From a virus: a stretch of DNA of 39,403 nucleotides. Of the stretch, positions 25,989 to 34,025 are shown piece by piece; position 1 is the stretch's first letter; each line of letters opens with the position of its first letter. The stretch lies in IMG/VR virus record IMGVR_UViG_3300028840_003316, positions 1 to 39,403 of that record, one strand, 5' to 3'. The notes beneath the pieces were generated by a model that saw nothing but the letters and a program-made list of their open reading frames with translations, had not been told where the DNA came from and ran no database searches. The translations under genes and the position numbers were made by a program.

Positions 25989-26621
25989 ATGCTAAGAGTA
26001 AAAACAATCTATCCAAACATCCAAACCGAGGGCTCTTTTGCGGGTGTGCCTTCGATTTTTATTGTCTTATCTGACAACCACGACCACGAAATGAAGATTG
26101 ACGACGTGGTGCATTATTTAGGCACTGTGGCCAACACAGGCCTAAGACACATCTCAATTGTGGGAGAGGATTGTGAACCGCTCAAACAACAGGCTGAACT
26201 GGTTAAGTTGATTAAGCACGTTGCAAGATCATTTAGTCTAGTTGTCCACACCACAGGGTCTGTTTTACCCGCTGATGGGATGAATCAATGGGTGGACGAG
26301 TTTATCTGTACACCAGACGAGAAGAAGTTTAACCCTAATATCTTAGACCGACTGGCAGAAAACTCATTGTTCCTAATGGACTTCAACGGAGAAGACGTGC
26401 ACAAGACCATCCAACACATCAACAAACACATCCACACAGAGTCAGAACGCTATGTCCTAACTGGTGGAGACGAGGCGGAAATGAGAAGTATGGCTCTTGC
26501 TAACGGCTATCGAGTATCCAGTATGCTCTCAGAAGGCCCAGGATTGCCTGAGAACGCCGAAAAGCCTGAAATTGATATCTCAGCCCTTAAGACTCTTAAA
26601 GACGCCCCTGAGGGCAAATAA
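25989..26621 (+). CDS. QueE-like (7-carboxy-7-deazaguanine synthase fold) protein lacking the radical-SAM cysteine cluster
   Basis: IQTEGSFAGVPSIFIVLS corresponds to E. coli QueE LQGEGYFTGVPAIFIRLQ. The following Cys motif is replaced by DNHDHE. IVGEDCEP, HTTGS and ICTPD correspond to ITGGEPC, ETSGT and VTVSPK. Confidence 0.55.
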   Translation: MLRVKTIYPNIQTEGSFAGVPSIFIVLSDNHDHEMKIDDVVHYLGTVANTGLRHISIVGEDCEPLKQQAELVKLIKHVARSFSLVVHTTGSVLPADGMNQWVDEFICTPDEKKFNPNILDRLAENSLFLMDFNGEDVHKTIQHINKHIHTESERYVLTGGDEAEMRSMALANGYRVSSMLSEGPGLPENAEKPEIDISALKTLKDAPEGK

Positions 26622-26626
26622 CACCT

Positions 26627-26953
26627 ATGAAACCAACTATCGATGAACGAGCAACAAAAATGCTCCACGAAATTGAGTGGGAGAGACTCGGATACCAGAT
26701 TATGTATGATTTTTTCCAGAGGAAATGGACGCTAGCAAAATCTGGTAAAAAAGACCTCGAGCAGAAAATGATCAGCCAAAAGAAGCAGATTAACGACCGC
26801 CAAGAGGTTATCGACTTTATTCTAGACAAATATGAAATTCCTAAACAAACTAAAGACGAAGATGCTGGAACCGAAGGTTTACGCTCTGATGATGCAGCGA
26901 ACACTGAGCAAGACGGATCTCCTGAACCTGACACAGGTGGAGAAAAACATTAG
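26627..26953 (+). CDS. Hypothetical protein (108 aa) with an acidic, disordered tail
   Basis: An ORF with CCTATG context. Confidence 0.55.
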   Translation: MKPTIDERATKMLHEIEWERLGYQIMYDFFQRKWTLAKSGKKDLEQKMISQKKQINDRQEVIDFILDKYEIPKQTKDEDAGTEGLRSDDAANTEQDGSPEPDTGGEKH

Positions 26954-27317
26954 GATTGGAGTATTTAGCGCCTACACCCTAGAAGAAGCAATCGAAAAGT
27001 TTTACGACGAAAATGGTGACTTTGACCCGATTCACTCAGAACTAAAAGCACACTCAGCAAAGACCTTTAATGACTTAGTTGATTCTATACACGGTGATGA
27101 CACAGAGGATCTCACGGAAGAGGTATTGAAACCAGTTAATCCAGAGAGTCGTCTTATCAAGACACTCATAATGGATGGAAAGATTGATAACATCAAACAC
27201 TACGAGACCGTTCTGAATGAAAACGAAATCGCCTACATCAAAGATGAAATTAATAAAGAATATGGCGTCACGAACAATCCGAATGCCGATCGTTCGAAAG
27301 CTCCGAAAGAAAATTAA
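26832..27317 (+). CDS. Hypothetical protein (161 aa); its start overlaps the previous ORF by 122 nt in another frame
   Basis: The ATG at 26832 has the genome-typical AAATATG context. No in-frame ATG exists just after the upstream stop. Confidence 0.5.
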   Translation: MKFLNKLKTKMLEPKVYALMMQRTLSKTDLLNLTQVEKNIRIGVFSAYTLEEAIEKFYDENGDFDPIHSELKAHSAKTFNDLVDSIHGDDTEDLTEEVLKPVNPESRLIKTLIMDGKIDNIKHYETVLNENEIAYIKDEINKEYGVTNNPNADRSKAPKEN

Positions 27318-27366
27318 GGGGCGAAAGAACTATACTGTCGGCAAGAAAAATACTAAGAAGTACTAA
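27262..27366 (+). CDS. Lys/Arg-rich micro-ORF (34 aa)
   Basis: MASRTIRMPIVRKLRKKIKGRKNYTVGKKNTKKY has 14 K/R and GAATATG context. It overlaps the end of 26832..27317 by 56 nt. Confidence 0.3.
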   Translation: MASRTIRMPIVRKLRKKIKGRKNYTVGKKNTKKY

Positions 27367-27370
27367 ACTT

Positions 27371-27589
27371 ATGTCAGATCAAACACCTACAATTCCTCTC
27401 CTCCAGAAGATTTGGTTTTGGTGGGGGGTTAATGTACTCAAAATGAAGTTCATTGTTCTTCACAACGATGGAATGAAGGTGGATGGCAGACCAGTAATTC
27501 ACGGAGTTACGTTCAGTTATCGTAAGGATTTTGCAGACCGACTAGTGCAGTGGTTGAGAGACCAAAAGAAGACTAATAACAAAACCTAA
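27371..27589 (+). CDS. Hypothetical protein (72 aa)
   Basis: An ORF with CTTATG context. Confidence 0.6.
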   Translation: MSDQTPTIPLLQKIWFWWGVNVLKMKFIVLHNDGMKVDGRPVIHGVTFSYRKDFADRLVQWLRDQKKTNNKT

Positions 27590-27593
27590 CCAA

Positions 27594-27679
27594 CCACTTC
27601 CCTACTGACAAGGGTGTCCCCTATTTTCGCGATTTTAAGCTTAAATTCTCGATAGGGAAGTGGCGGGGAAGGGAAGTGG
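27594..27679 (+). promoter_or_regulatory. Operator-like repeat cluster
   Basis: The 9-mer GGGAAGTGG occurs three times (one copy inverted): CCACTTCCCTA at 27594-27604, TAGGGAAGTGG at 27653-27663 and GGGAAGTGG at 27671-27679. A central 12-bp palindrome TTTAAGCTTAAA lies at 27634-27645. The cluster is directly upstream of an HTH gene. Confidence 0.55.
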
Positions 27680-27688
27680 ATAACTTGT

Positions 27689-27928
27689 ATGAAAAAAACA
27701 CCTACCCTGCTAGAGCAGGCAAAAAAACTAAACGGCAATAAGAAAGGACAGATAATTCCAACTCAAGAGATTGCAGAATTATTGCACGCATATTATTTGG
27801 GTCAGGTGTCGCTAGCTTCTGTAGCAGAGGTATTAGATCTCGGCAGGCAGAATATGTACAGCAAACTCTCCTGTATCACTAAAGATTGTGTGAACTGGGG
27901 GTACTTAGAAATAAGACTGAAGAAATAA
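27689..27928 (+). CDS. Small helix-turn-helix DNA-binding protein
   Basis: SLASVAEVLDLGRQNMYSKL is an HTH-like segment. Confidence 0.5.
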   Translation: MKKTPTLLEQAKKLNGNKKGQIIPTQEIAELLHAYYLGQVSLASVAEVLDLGRQNMYSKLSCITKDCVNWGYLEIRLKK

Positions 27929-27929
27929 T

Positions 27930-28286
27930 ATGGAGTTAGTTGCATTTTTAATTGTCCCAAGTGTTGTAGCCATCACATTAGCAATAATATTTAACTGGGA
28001 CACGATTAAAGACCGGTGGAAAGAGAAAACAGAAAAACACAATCCGGTTTATGAGATGTTTGATGAGATAATCACAGATATGGAAAACAATCCTGATAAG
28101 TGGAGGGCTTCTCGGTTTGAACTGAGAAGATGTGATTGGGACTATTCAATCTGGATGTCTAATAGAAATTATGCTGATTGTTCTCTTGAAAACAAGGACT
28201 CCCACAGGGCTTCTTTATCTCAAAGGAAATACCTGAGAAGATTCTATGACAAGAAGCTTTTAGAGGGAATGGGGATTAAAAATTAA
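27930..28286 (+). CDS. Membrane-anchored small protein (118 aa)
   Basis: An N-terminal TM segment (LVAFLIVPSVVAITLAIIF) and TAATATG context. Confidence 0.6.
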   Translation: MELVAFLIVPSVVAITLAIIFNWDTIKDRWKEKTEKHNPVYEMFDEIITDMENNPDKWRASRFELRRCDWDYSIWMSNRNYADCSLENKDSHRASLSQRKYLRRFYDKKLLEGMGIKN

Positions 28287-28297
28287 TCTTTAGAAAT

Positions 28298-28498
28298 ATG
28301 CCTATTCAAAAAGTAGAACTGGATTTCGATAGTGATTTCCAAAAAATGATTGAAGCTAAAATTCGAGCCAAGGTTAAAGAAAAAGTGTTAAGTTCAGTAG
28401 ATCCAATAGTTTCTGAAATAGTCTTAGGAATTAGTAGAACGATGGAAATTAATACTTGTGGAGATAAAGTTACATTTGTAATTAGTCACGAAAATTAA
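28298..28498 (+). CDS. Hypothetical protein (66 aa)
   Basis: An ORF preceded by junction motif copy 1. Confidence 0.6.
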   Translation: MPIQKVELDFDSDFQKMIEAKIRAKVKEKVLSSVDPIVSEIVLGISRTMEINTCGDKVTFVISHEN

Positions 28499-28507
28499 CC
28501 TCTAGAT

Positions 28508-28666
28508 ATGAAGCACGAAGATTACATCAAGAAGCTGTTAGTTTCTGACCCTGATTTCAAGAAACGTTATAGGGGTATACGTTTGAAAAGATTATTTAAG
28601 AATCCAATCGTCGAAATAAAAATGTGGCGAACCCGCACGAAACGTATTAAAGAGGTTGAAGATTAA
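28508..28666 (+). CDS. Hypothetical basic protein (52 aa)
   Basis: MKHEDYIKKLLVSDPDFKKRYRGIRLKRLFKNPIVEIKMWRTRTKRIKEVED is preceded by junction motif copy 2. It is below the track cutoff. Confidence 0.5.
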   Translation: MKHEDYIKKLLVSDPDFKKRYRGIRLKRLFKNPIVEIKMWRTRTKRIKEVED

Positions 28667-28701
28667 CCAATAAATGTATGGAAGATAATTAACCTTTAGA
28701 T

Positions 28702-28866
28702 ATGAAAACATTTCAATTTATTAAATACGTTATCCTTACAGTTTGTGGAATAATAGTAATTGCTGAAACAGGAAATGCATTTTGGCCAGATGCTCCAACC
28801 CTAGTCCAATTTTGTTCAGGAGGATTGTTAGCAGGAGTTGTGTGGGAATTAACAATGAAGAATTAA
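28702..28866 (+). CDS. Small membrane protein (54 aa)
   Basis: MKTFQFIKYVILTVCGIIVIAETGNAFWPDAPTLVQFCSGGLLAGVVWELTMKN is preceded by junction motif copy 3. It is below the track cutoff. Confidence 0.5.
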   Translation: MKTFQFIKYVILTVCGIIVIAETGNAFWPDAPTLVQFCSGGLLAGVVWELTMKN

Positions 28867-28877
28867 CCTTTAGAGAT

Positions 28878-29033
28878 ATGTACACAATAGAATTAAAAGT
28901 CACCGACGAAGTAACAGGAGAAGAGTTCTCCCAAAATACTGGAATGCAAGACTTTGCAGCATTCAGAGTAATTCTTGATAGACTAGCCCCTGAAATCCGA
29001 AGACACTTTGAATATTTGAGTGAGAATAAATAA
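28878..29033 (+). CDS. Hypothetical protein (51 aa)
   Basis: The ATG at 28878 is preceded by junction motif copy 4. The track start at 28782 would overlap the previous mini-gene. Confidence 0.5.
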   Translation: MYTIELKVTDEVTGEEFSQNTGMQDFAAFRVILDRLAPEIRRHFEYLSENK

Positions 29034-29039
29034 ACTAGT

Positions 29040-29246
29040 ATGAAAGTAAAAGTAAAGAAAGATATGTACGGTGAATGGAGCGTCAGTAGTGGAGCTTGGG
29101 AATTAGAAACTGACCCCGATGGAAACAAACTTTTGAAGTGTATTGACACTGGTTGTACTTGCCGATGGTGGAAGAAAATACTAAAGATGTGTAAGTGCTC
29201 TGGTGTTTTGTACACAAGACTTGATAAAGAACCCAATAAAGATTAG
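29040..29246 (+). CDS. Small Cys-containing protein (68 aa)
   Basis: An ORF with TAGTATG context. The CTCRWW...CKC cluster may bind zinc. Confidence 0.55.
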   Translation: MKVKVKKDMYGEWSVSSGAWELETDPDGNKLLKCIDTGCTCRWWKKILKMCKCSGVLYTRLDKEPNKD

Positions 29247-29283
29247 TTTGTTCCTTTGAGAAGATAAGTAATATATAAGTTAT

Positions 29284-29718
29284 ATGAGACCAATAGAATT
29301 TAGAGCTTGGGAGGTAAAAAAGAAGAGATGGTGGGAATGGGCACTTGAAAAATTTTGTGTACAGGAGTCAGATAGCAATCCTTACCATTCAATATTTGTT
29401 AATAAGGATGGGGGTGGTGTCAAACAGGCTGGAGAAGTTCTGGGAAACGAGAACTTTATTTCTTGCCAATGGACAGGCTTACTCGACAAGAACGGAGTTA
29501 AGATATTTGAGGGGGATGTTGTTAGAGAAGATAAGGGTAAAGAAGCTTTGATTGAAAATTTAGAGATTCGTAGTGTTTGCTGGTCAGAAGAAGATACAGG
29601 TTTTTATCCATTTATTTATCACGGAGCCCAATGGTTTGCAGAAGGATGTGAAGTAATCGGTAACATCTACGAGAATCCTGAGTTATTAGGGGAAAAAGAT
29701 GATAACGTGGTAAAATAA
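29284..29718 (+). CDS. YopX-family protein
   Basis: IEFRAW..., QWTGLLDKNGVKIFEGDVV and GNIYENPELL are the hallmark YopX motifs. Confidence 0.8.
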   Translation: MRPIEFRAWEVKKKRWWEWALEKFCVQESDSNPYHSIFVNKDGGGVKQAGEVLGNENFISCQWTGLLDKNGVKIFEGDVVREDKGKEALIENLEIRSVCWSEEDTGFYPFIYHGAQWFAEGCEVIGNIYENPELLGEKDDNVVK

Positions 29719-29724
29719 AAGGGT

Positions 29725-30150
29725 ATGGAGAAAGAGAAGAAAGAACAAGCTAATCAATACCAACCAGACCCAAGGCAAGCATTATTCTTGGCTAATTATT
29801 TAGATCCAAAGAGTGAAACATTCGGAAATGCTTATCAAAGTGCACTATTGGCTAAGTACAGCGAAGAATACGCAAAGAAAATAATGACATTGATGCCAGA
29901 TTGGCTATCCCAAAATATCCAAGACGATTATTTAGTGAAAAAAGCAGAGAAAAACCTAAAGGATTTCCTAGAAAAAGAATCAGATGACACGACAGACAAG
30001 AAGATTAAATCAGACCTAACCAAATTCGCTTTAAGCAGATTGAATAAAGCTAAGTACAGTGAGAGATCAGAGTTAACAGGACCAGAAGGAAAGGATTTGG
30101 GAGTAGTGTTTTTACCTAAGAAAGAAGAAACTAATAAAGATAATAATTAA
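29725..30150 (+). CDS. terS: Terminase small subunit (probable)
   Basis: ALFLANYLDPKSETFGNAYQSALLAKYSEEYA resembles the HTH-type small terminase N-terminus. The gene lies upstream of terL. Confidence 0.5.
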   Translation: MEKEKKEQANQYQPDPRQALFLANYLDPKSETFGNAYQSALLAKYSEEYAKKIMTLMPDWLSQNIQDDYLVKKAEKNLKDFLEKESDDTTDKKIKSDLTKFALSRLNKAKYSERSELTGPEGKDLGVVFLPKKEETNKDNN

Positions 30151-30162
30151 GCAGAAACATCT

Positions 30163-30513
30163 ATGAAGAAAAGTTTTTGTGACCTTTGCGACAAAGAGCT
30201 CGTAGAGGAAAAGTCATTTCACGTATTCTGTGGAGTGCGAAAAGGTTTTAATCAATTAGATCAGAACATTCCAGTTCTCCCAGAACAGGTAGTTGGTAAT
30301 ACCAATCAGGAGATCTGTGATGAGTGTATTAAAGGATTCGAGCCTCTGAAGTTCGTCTTCGAAGAAGCTGAGAAGCGAAAGAAAGAAGAAGAGAAGAAGG
30401 CAAAGGAAGATCTTAAGAAGGCTCAGGAGCTATCTAAGAAAGAAGTTGATAAAGTAATTGAAGAAGCCAAGGAGAAAGTAAAGGAAGAAGAGAAGGCTGA
30501 GGGAAAGAAATAG
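30163..30513 (+). CDS. Zinc-ribbon protein with a Lys/Glu-rich tail (116 aa)
   Basis: CDLC ... CDEC pairs are followed by a KE-rich low-complexity C-terminus. Confidence 0.55.
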   Translation: MKKSFCDLCDKELVEEKSFHVFCGVRKGFNQLDQNIPVLPEQVVGNTNQEICDECIKGFEPLKFVFEEAEKRKKEEEKKAKEDLKKAQELSKKEVDKVIEEAKEKVKEEEKAEGKK

Positions 30514-30514
30514 T

Positions 30515-30748
30515 ATGACAGAAAAAGAAGTGAAAAAACCTATCTGGATCTCTATTGCAGAGGCAACTTTTGTGGTCATCCTAGCCTTCTGTCTCCTTCA
30601 CTTAGTGAGTTGGCTTGCCTCTGTTACTTTTGATGAGAACTTTGATTCTTGTTGGTTGGTTGAGGAGGAGTATGGAATAGACAAGAAAACCGGAAGAGAG
30701 GCCAATAGGGAATTTCACATCGATTGTAGTCGTTTCGAAGCGAACTAA
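30515..30748 (+). CDS. Small membrane protein (77 aa)
   Basis: A TM segment (IWISIAEATFVVILAFCLLHLVSWLA) and TAGTATG context. Confidence 0.55.
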   Translation: MTEKEVKKPIWISIAEATFVVILAFCLLHLVSWLASVTFDENFDSCWLVEEEYGIDKKTGREANREFHIDCSRFEAN

Positions 30749-30750
30749 TT

Positions 30751-32037
30751 ATGTCCGACTGGATGCCAACCACAAAGCAGAAGGAAGCACTTGTGCGTTC
30801 AGAGTTCGAGATAATGTATGGTGGGGCTCGAGGTGGAGGAAAAACGGACTGCGGGATGGCGTGGTTACTCTACAACATAGACCATCCTGAGTTCAGAGCT
30901 CTCGTTATTCGACGTAACAGTACAGATTTAGATGACTGGATTGACCGTGCCAGAACTATGTACGCAAAGGTGGGAGGAAAGGCCACAGGCAATCCTCCTG
31001 AATTTGTGTTTCCAAGTGGTGCGATAATCCGTACAGGTCACTTAAAAGACGAGAGTGCATACGAGAAGTATCAAGGACACGAATACCATCGGATGCTAAT
31101 CGAGGAGCTTACACATATTCCTCGACAAGAGGACTATTTGAAACTTATCTCCAGTTGTCGTTCGACAGTGGAGGGATTGAAACCACAGATCTTTGCCACA
31201 ACCAACCCTGGTAACGCAGGGCACGAATGGGTGAAAGAAAGATTTGTCGACTGTAGTAGTCCAGGAGAGCCAACTGTGGATAAACAGACTGGGCGTAGCA
31301 GAATTTTCATCCCTGCCAAAGTAAACGACAATCCTCACCTAATGGAGAAAGATCCTGATTATGTTCGCTTCTTGGATGGTCTACCCGATGGTTTGCGACA
31401 AGCCTGGCGAGATGGTTCCTGGGATGACTTTGACATCGAAGGAGCCTATTATTCCGCTCAAATGAGGGAAGCTGAGCTTGATGGACGTATCGGTGAAGTA
31501 CCCTATGAAACATCCATCCCTGTGGATACCTGGTGGGATCTTGGTATAGGTGACTCGATGGTCATCTGGTTTTCACAGGTGGTGGGTAATGAGATCCGTT
31601 TGATTGACTATTACGAGAATAGTGGCGAGAGTTTGCAGTTTTATGGTAAAATATTACAAGAGCGAGGATATGTGTACGATACGCACTATATGCCTCACGA
31701 TGCTAAGGTACGGGAATTGTCCACAGGTAAGTCTCGTAAACAGATTGCAGAGTCTCTAGGAATACGCCCCATTAAGGTTGTTCCACAGCTTCCAGTAGAT
31801 GACGGGATTAACGCGGTGCGTATGATTTTGAATAAATGTTGGTTTGACCGTGAAAAATGTCAGGAGGGTATTAAGACCCTTAAAAACTACCGTAAGGAGT
31901 GGGATGACAAACACGGCACCTGGAAACCGAAACCCCTACACGACTGGGCTAGCCACGGAGCCGATGCTTTTAGGCAACTGGGAGTCCAAATCGACAAACG
32001 TCGAAGTGAGACTAAAGTGTTTAGACACGGTTATTAA
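30751..32037 (+). CDS. terL: Terminase large subunit
   Basis: A Walker A-like motif YGGARGGGKT, the ATPase segment MLIEELTH and a C-terminal nuclease-type region are present. The gene is followed by the portal gene. Confidence 0.85.
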   Translation: MSDWMPTTKQKEALVRSEFEIMYGGARGGGKTDCGMAWLLYNIDHPEFRALVIRRNSTDLDDWIDRARTMYAKVGGKATGNPPEFVFPSGAIIRTGHLKDESAYEKYQGHEYHRMLIEELTHIPRQEDYLKLISSCRSTVEGLKPQIFATTNPGNAGHEWVKERFVDCSSPGEPTVDKQTGRSRIFIPAKVNDNPHLMEKDPDYVRFLDGLPDGLRQAWRDGSWDDFDIEGAYYSAQMREAELDGRIGEVPYETSIPVDTWWDLGIGDSMVIWFSQVVGNEIRLIDYYENSGESLQFYGKILQERGYVYDTHYMPHDAKVRELSTGKSRKQIAESLGIRPIKVVPQLPVDDGINAVRMILNKCWFDREKCQEGIKTLKNYRKEWDDKHGTWKPKPLHDWASHGADAFRQLGVQIDKRRSETKVFRHGY

Positions 32038-32045
32038 ATATAAAT

Positions 32046-34025
32046 ATGCCAGTAGGGAGTAAAACTTCTTTAAGAGAAGAACGTTATCAAAAATATCCAA
32101 CGAATCAGGAGAGCTGGGTTCCAGAAGGAGATTCAGCAGAACTGATGTCGTTACTTTATGAACATTGGTGGGACGCCTATCAGTTGAGAACACGACCTTG
32201 GCACCACTTAGGAGACATTTCCGTAGAACAATTTTGGCAACGATCACGTGACCTATATAATGGTTACGTAGAGCCTTCAGATTCAGTAGAGGATGAATGG
32301 AAGTCCAAAGCATTTAAGAAGAAAACACGCCACAAGGTCATTGCGACTGTGGCTTCTTTTATTTCTTCTGGAATTGGAGTTGACTTCTCAGCTTTAGATC
32401 AACAGAACAATTTAGACCGAGATATTGCTCGAGTAGCTGATGATACCTACGAGTGGTCACTAGATCGAGAGGACTTTGACTTTAAATGGATTCGTACAAT
32501 CCTTTCAATGGTTGTTGAGGGTACCGCCTGTTTGTTTGAGGAAATCGCTTATGATGAGCGAAAGGTTAAGGATATTATCGATATTGATTTTGAAACAGGT
32601 AAGATTAAGTGGGAAGAAGCAGAAAAAGTTGACTACAAAGGCCCACGTTCAGAGCTAATTCGAATTGAGGAGATGTACCTAGGTGAGGCATTTGAACCAG
32701 ATATTCAGCGCCAGCCTTACATTTTCCGACGTAAAGTTACTACCTGGGAGCGGGCTGGAGAGTTTTTAGGTAAATACAAGAACTGGAAGTATGTGCGTCC
32801 TGGTAACGATAACTTCTTCCAGACTGATGGACAGAACATAGAACGTCGAGAACGTGAGAGTGATGATACAGACGAGAACAACGTAGAGATTCTTTGGTAC
32901 TGGAATAAGTCTAAGGAGCTTTATTCAATCGTTGCTAACGGGGTACTTCTCACTGATCCAGATGAACCATTTCCATACCCACACAAGCAGTATCCTTTTG
33001 CTTGGGACATTCACGAACCGTTTGCTGATGTTAACTTCTCTTGGGGTAATTCACTCCCAATGGTTAACGAGGACGATCAGGTTATTGTGAACTCATTATG
33101 GCGACTATTCATTGATTCCGCTAAGTTACGCAATAAACCACCGTTGTTTACATCCAACTTCGAGCTTGCTGGCACTGATTTGGTGGTACCTGGAACAGTG
33201 GCAACTAAAGAACCAGACGATGAGATTGAAATTATCCCAGGTCTTGTGCAAGGGCTTACACCAGGTGAGTTTAATGTGATGCAGATGGCAGAAAGGCAGA
33301 TGGACGAGAACTCAATCGATCCTTTACTTAGTGGTCAGACCCCACAAGGAGACCCTACAGCTACTGAGGTTAATGCTGTTGTTGGTTCAGCAGAGCGTCT
33401 ACGAGGATTTAGTGAGCAATTTGTAGGCTCATTACTCGTTCAGCACGCACATTTACGCTTGAAAAACGTATTCTGGTTCCTAACACACGACCCAGAATAT
33501 AAGAGAATTGTTAAAGATAGGGTTAAAACACGAGCCAATCAGACAGGTTATCGTCAGATTAACTTTGTTTCAGCTATTGAGATCCCGAACCCTGTGGATA
33601 TTATGCAGGAAGAGATTGATCTGGAAGAGAAAGAAGAACCAACCACCATTTTGTATGTGGATAAAGACCGTGTAGAGGACTATCGATACCACATTACGGT
33701 ATCTGCTACGCCTAAACCACGCCGAAATAGCACATCTAAGCTTCTCCGAGCTATTCAGAAGTACCAGTTCTACGCACAGAACCCACTTATTGATCAGATG
33801 GAGAACACTAAGACTATGGTCGAAGCGATGGGTGATGACCCACAACAGATGATGAAACAGCCAGAGATGCCAGAAATGGCACCTCCAGGACAACCAGCTG
33901 AGTTACCTCCAGGAGGTCCACCAGGACCAGGGGGTGCTCCAGGGGCACCTGCAACTGTAGGAGTTCCGCCAGGAGCAGCACAGATGGCTGGTAATATTGC
34001 AAGTGCAGAAGAACGAGCTGTATGA
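32046..34025 (+). CDS. Portal protein
   Basis: A 659-aa ORF directly after terL, with a Pro/Gly-rich C-terminal tail. The assignment rests on size, position and general character. Confidence 0.75.
   Translation: MPVGSKTSLREERYQKYPTNQESWVPEGDSAELMSLLYEHWWDAYQLRTRPWHHLGDISVEQFWQRSRDLYNGYVEPSDSVEDEWKSKAFKKKTRHKVIATVASFISSGIGVDFSALDQQNNLDRDIARVADDTYEWSLDREDFDFKWIRTILSMVVEGTACLFEEIAYDERKVKDIIDIDFETGKIKWEEAEKVDYKGPRSELIRIEEMYLGEAFEPDIQRQPYIFRRKVTTWERAGEFLGKYKNWKYVRPGNDNFFQTDGQNIERRERESDDTDENNVEILWYWNKSKELYSIVANGVLLTDPDEPFPYPHKQYPFAWDIHEPFADVNFSWGNSLPMVNEDDQVIVNSLWRLFIDSAKLRNKPPLFTSNFELAGTDLVVPGTVATKEPDDEIEIIPGLVQGLTPGEFNVMQMAERQMDENSIDPLLSGQTPQGDPTATEVNAVVGSAERLRGFSEQFVGSLLVQHAHLRLKNVFWFLTHDPEYKRIVKDRVKTRANQTGYRQINFVSAIEIPNPVDIMQEEIDLEEKEEPTTILYVDKDRVEDYRYHITVSATPKPRRNSTSKLLRAIQKYQFYAQNPLIDQMENTKTMVEAMGDDPQQMMKQPEMPEMAPPGQPAELPPGGPPGPGGAPGAPATVGVPPGAAQMAGNIASAEERAV

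Noticed and set aside
25989-26621. A 7-deazaguanine (queuosine or archaeosine-type) DNA modification pathway
   Set aside because: Only a QueE-like gene is present. It lacks the Fe-S cysteines, and no QueC, QueD, FolE, DpdA or Tgt candidates exist anywhere in the closed genome.
26940-26953. A programmed frameshift joining 26627..26953 to 26832..27317
   Set aside because: The required shift is +1. The only feature is a 5-A run (GAGAAAAAC), with no canonical slippery or stall signal. An ATG with the normal start context exists at 26832, so independent initiation is simpler.
28736-29236. A 166-aa minus-strand ORF from the track
   Set aside because: It starts at TTG. It is hydrophobic and low-complexity. 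It lies antisense to three plus-strand mini-genes that carry the conserved junction motif and TATG starts. It would be the only minus-strand gene in a long plus-strand block.
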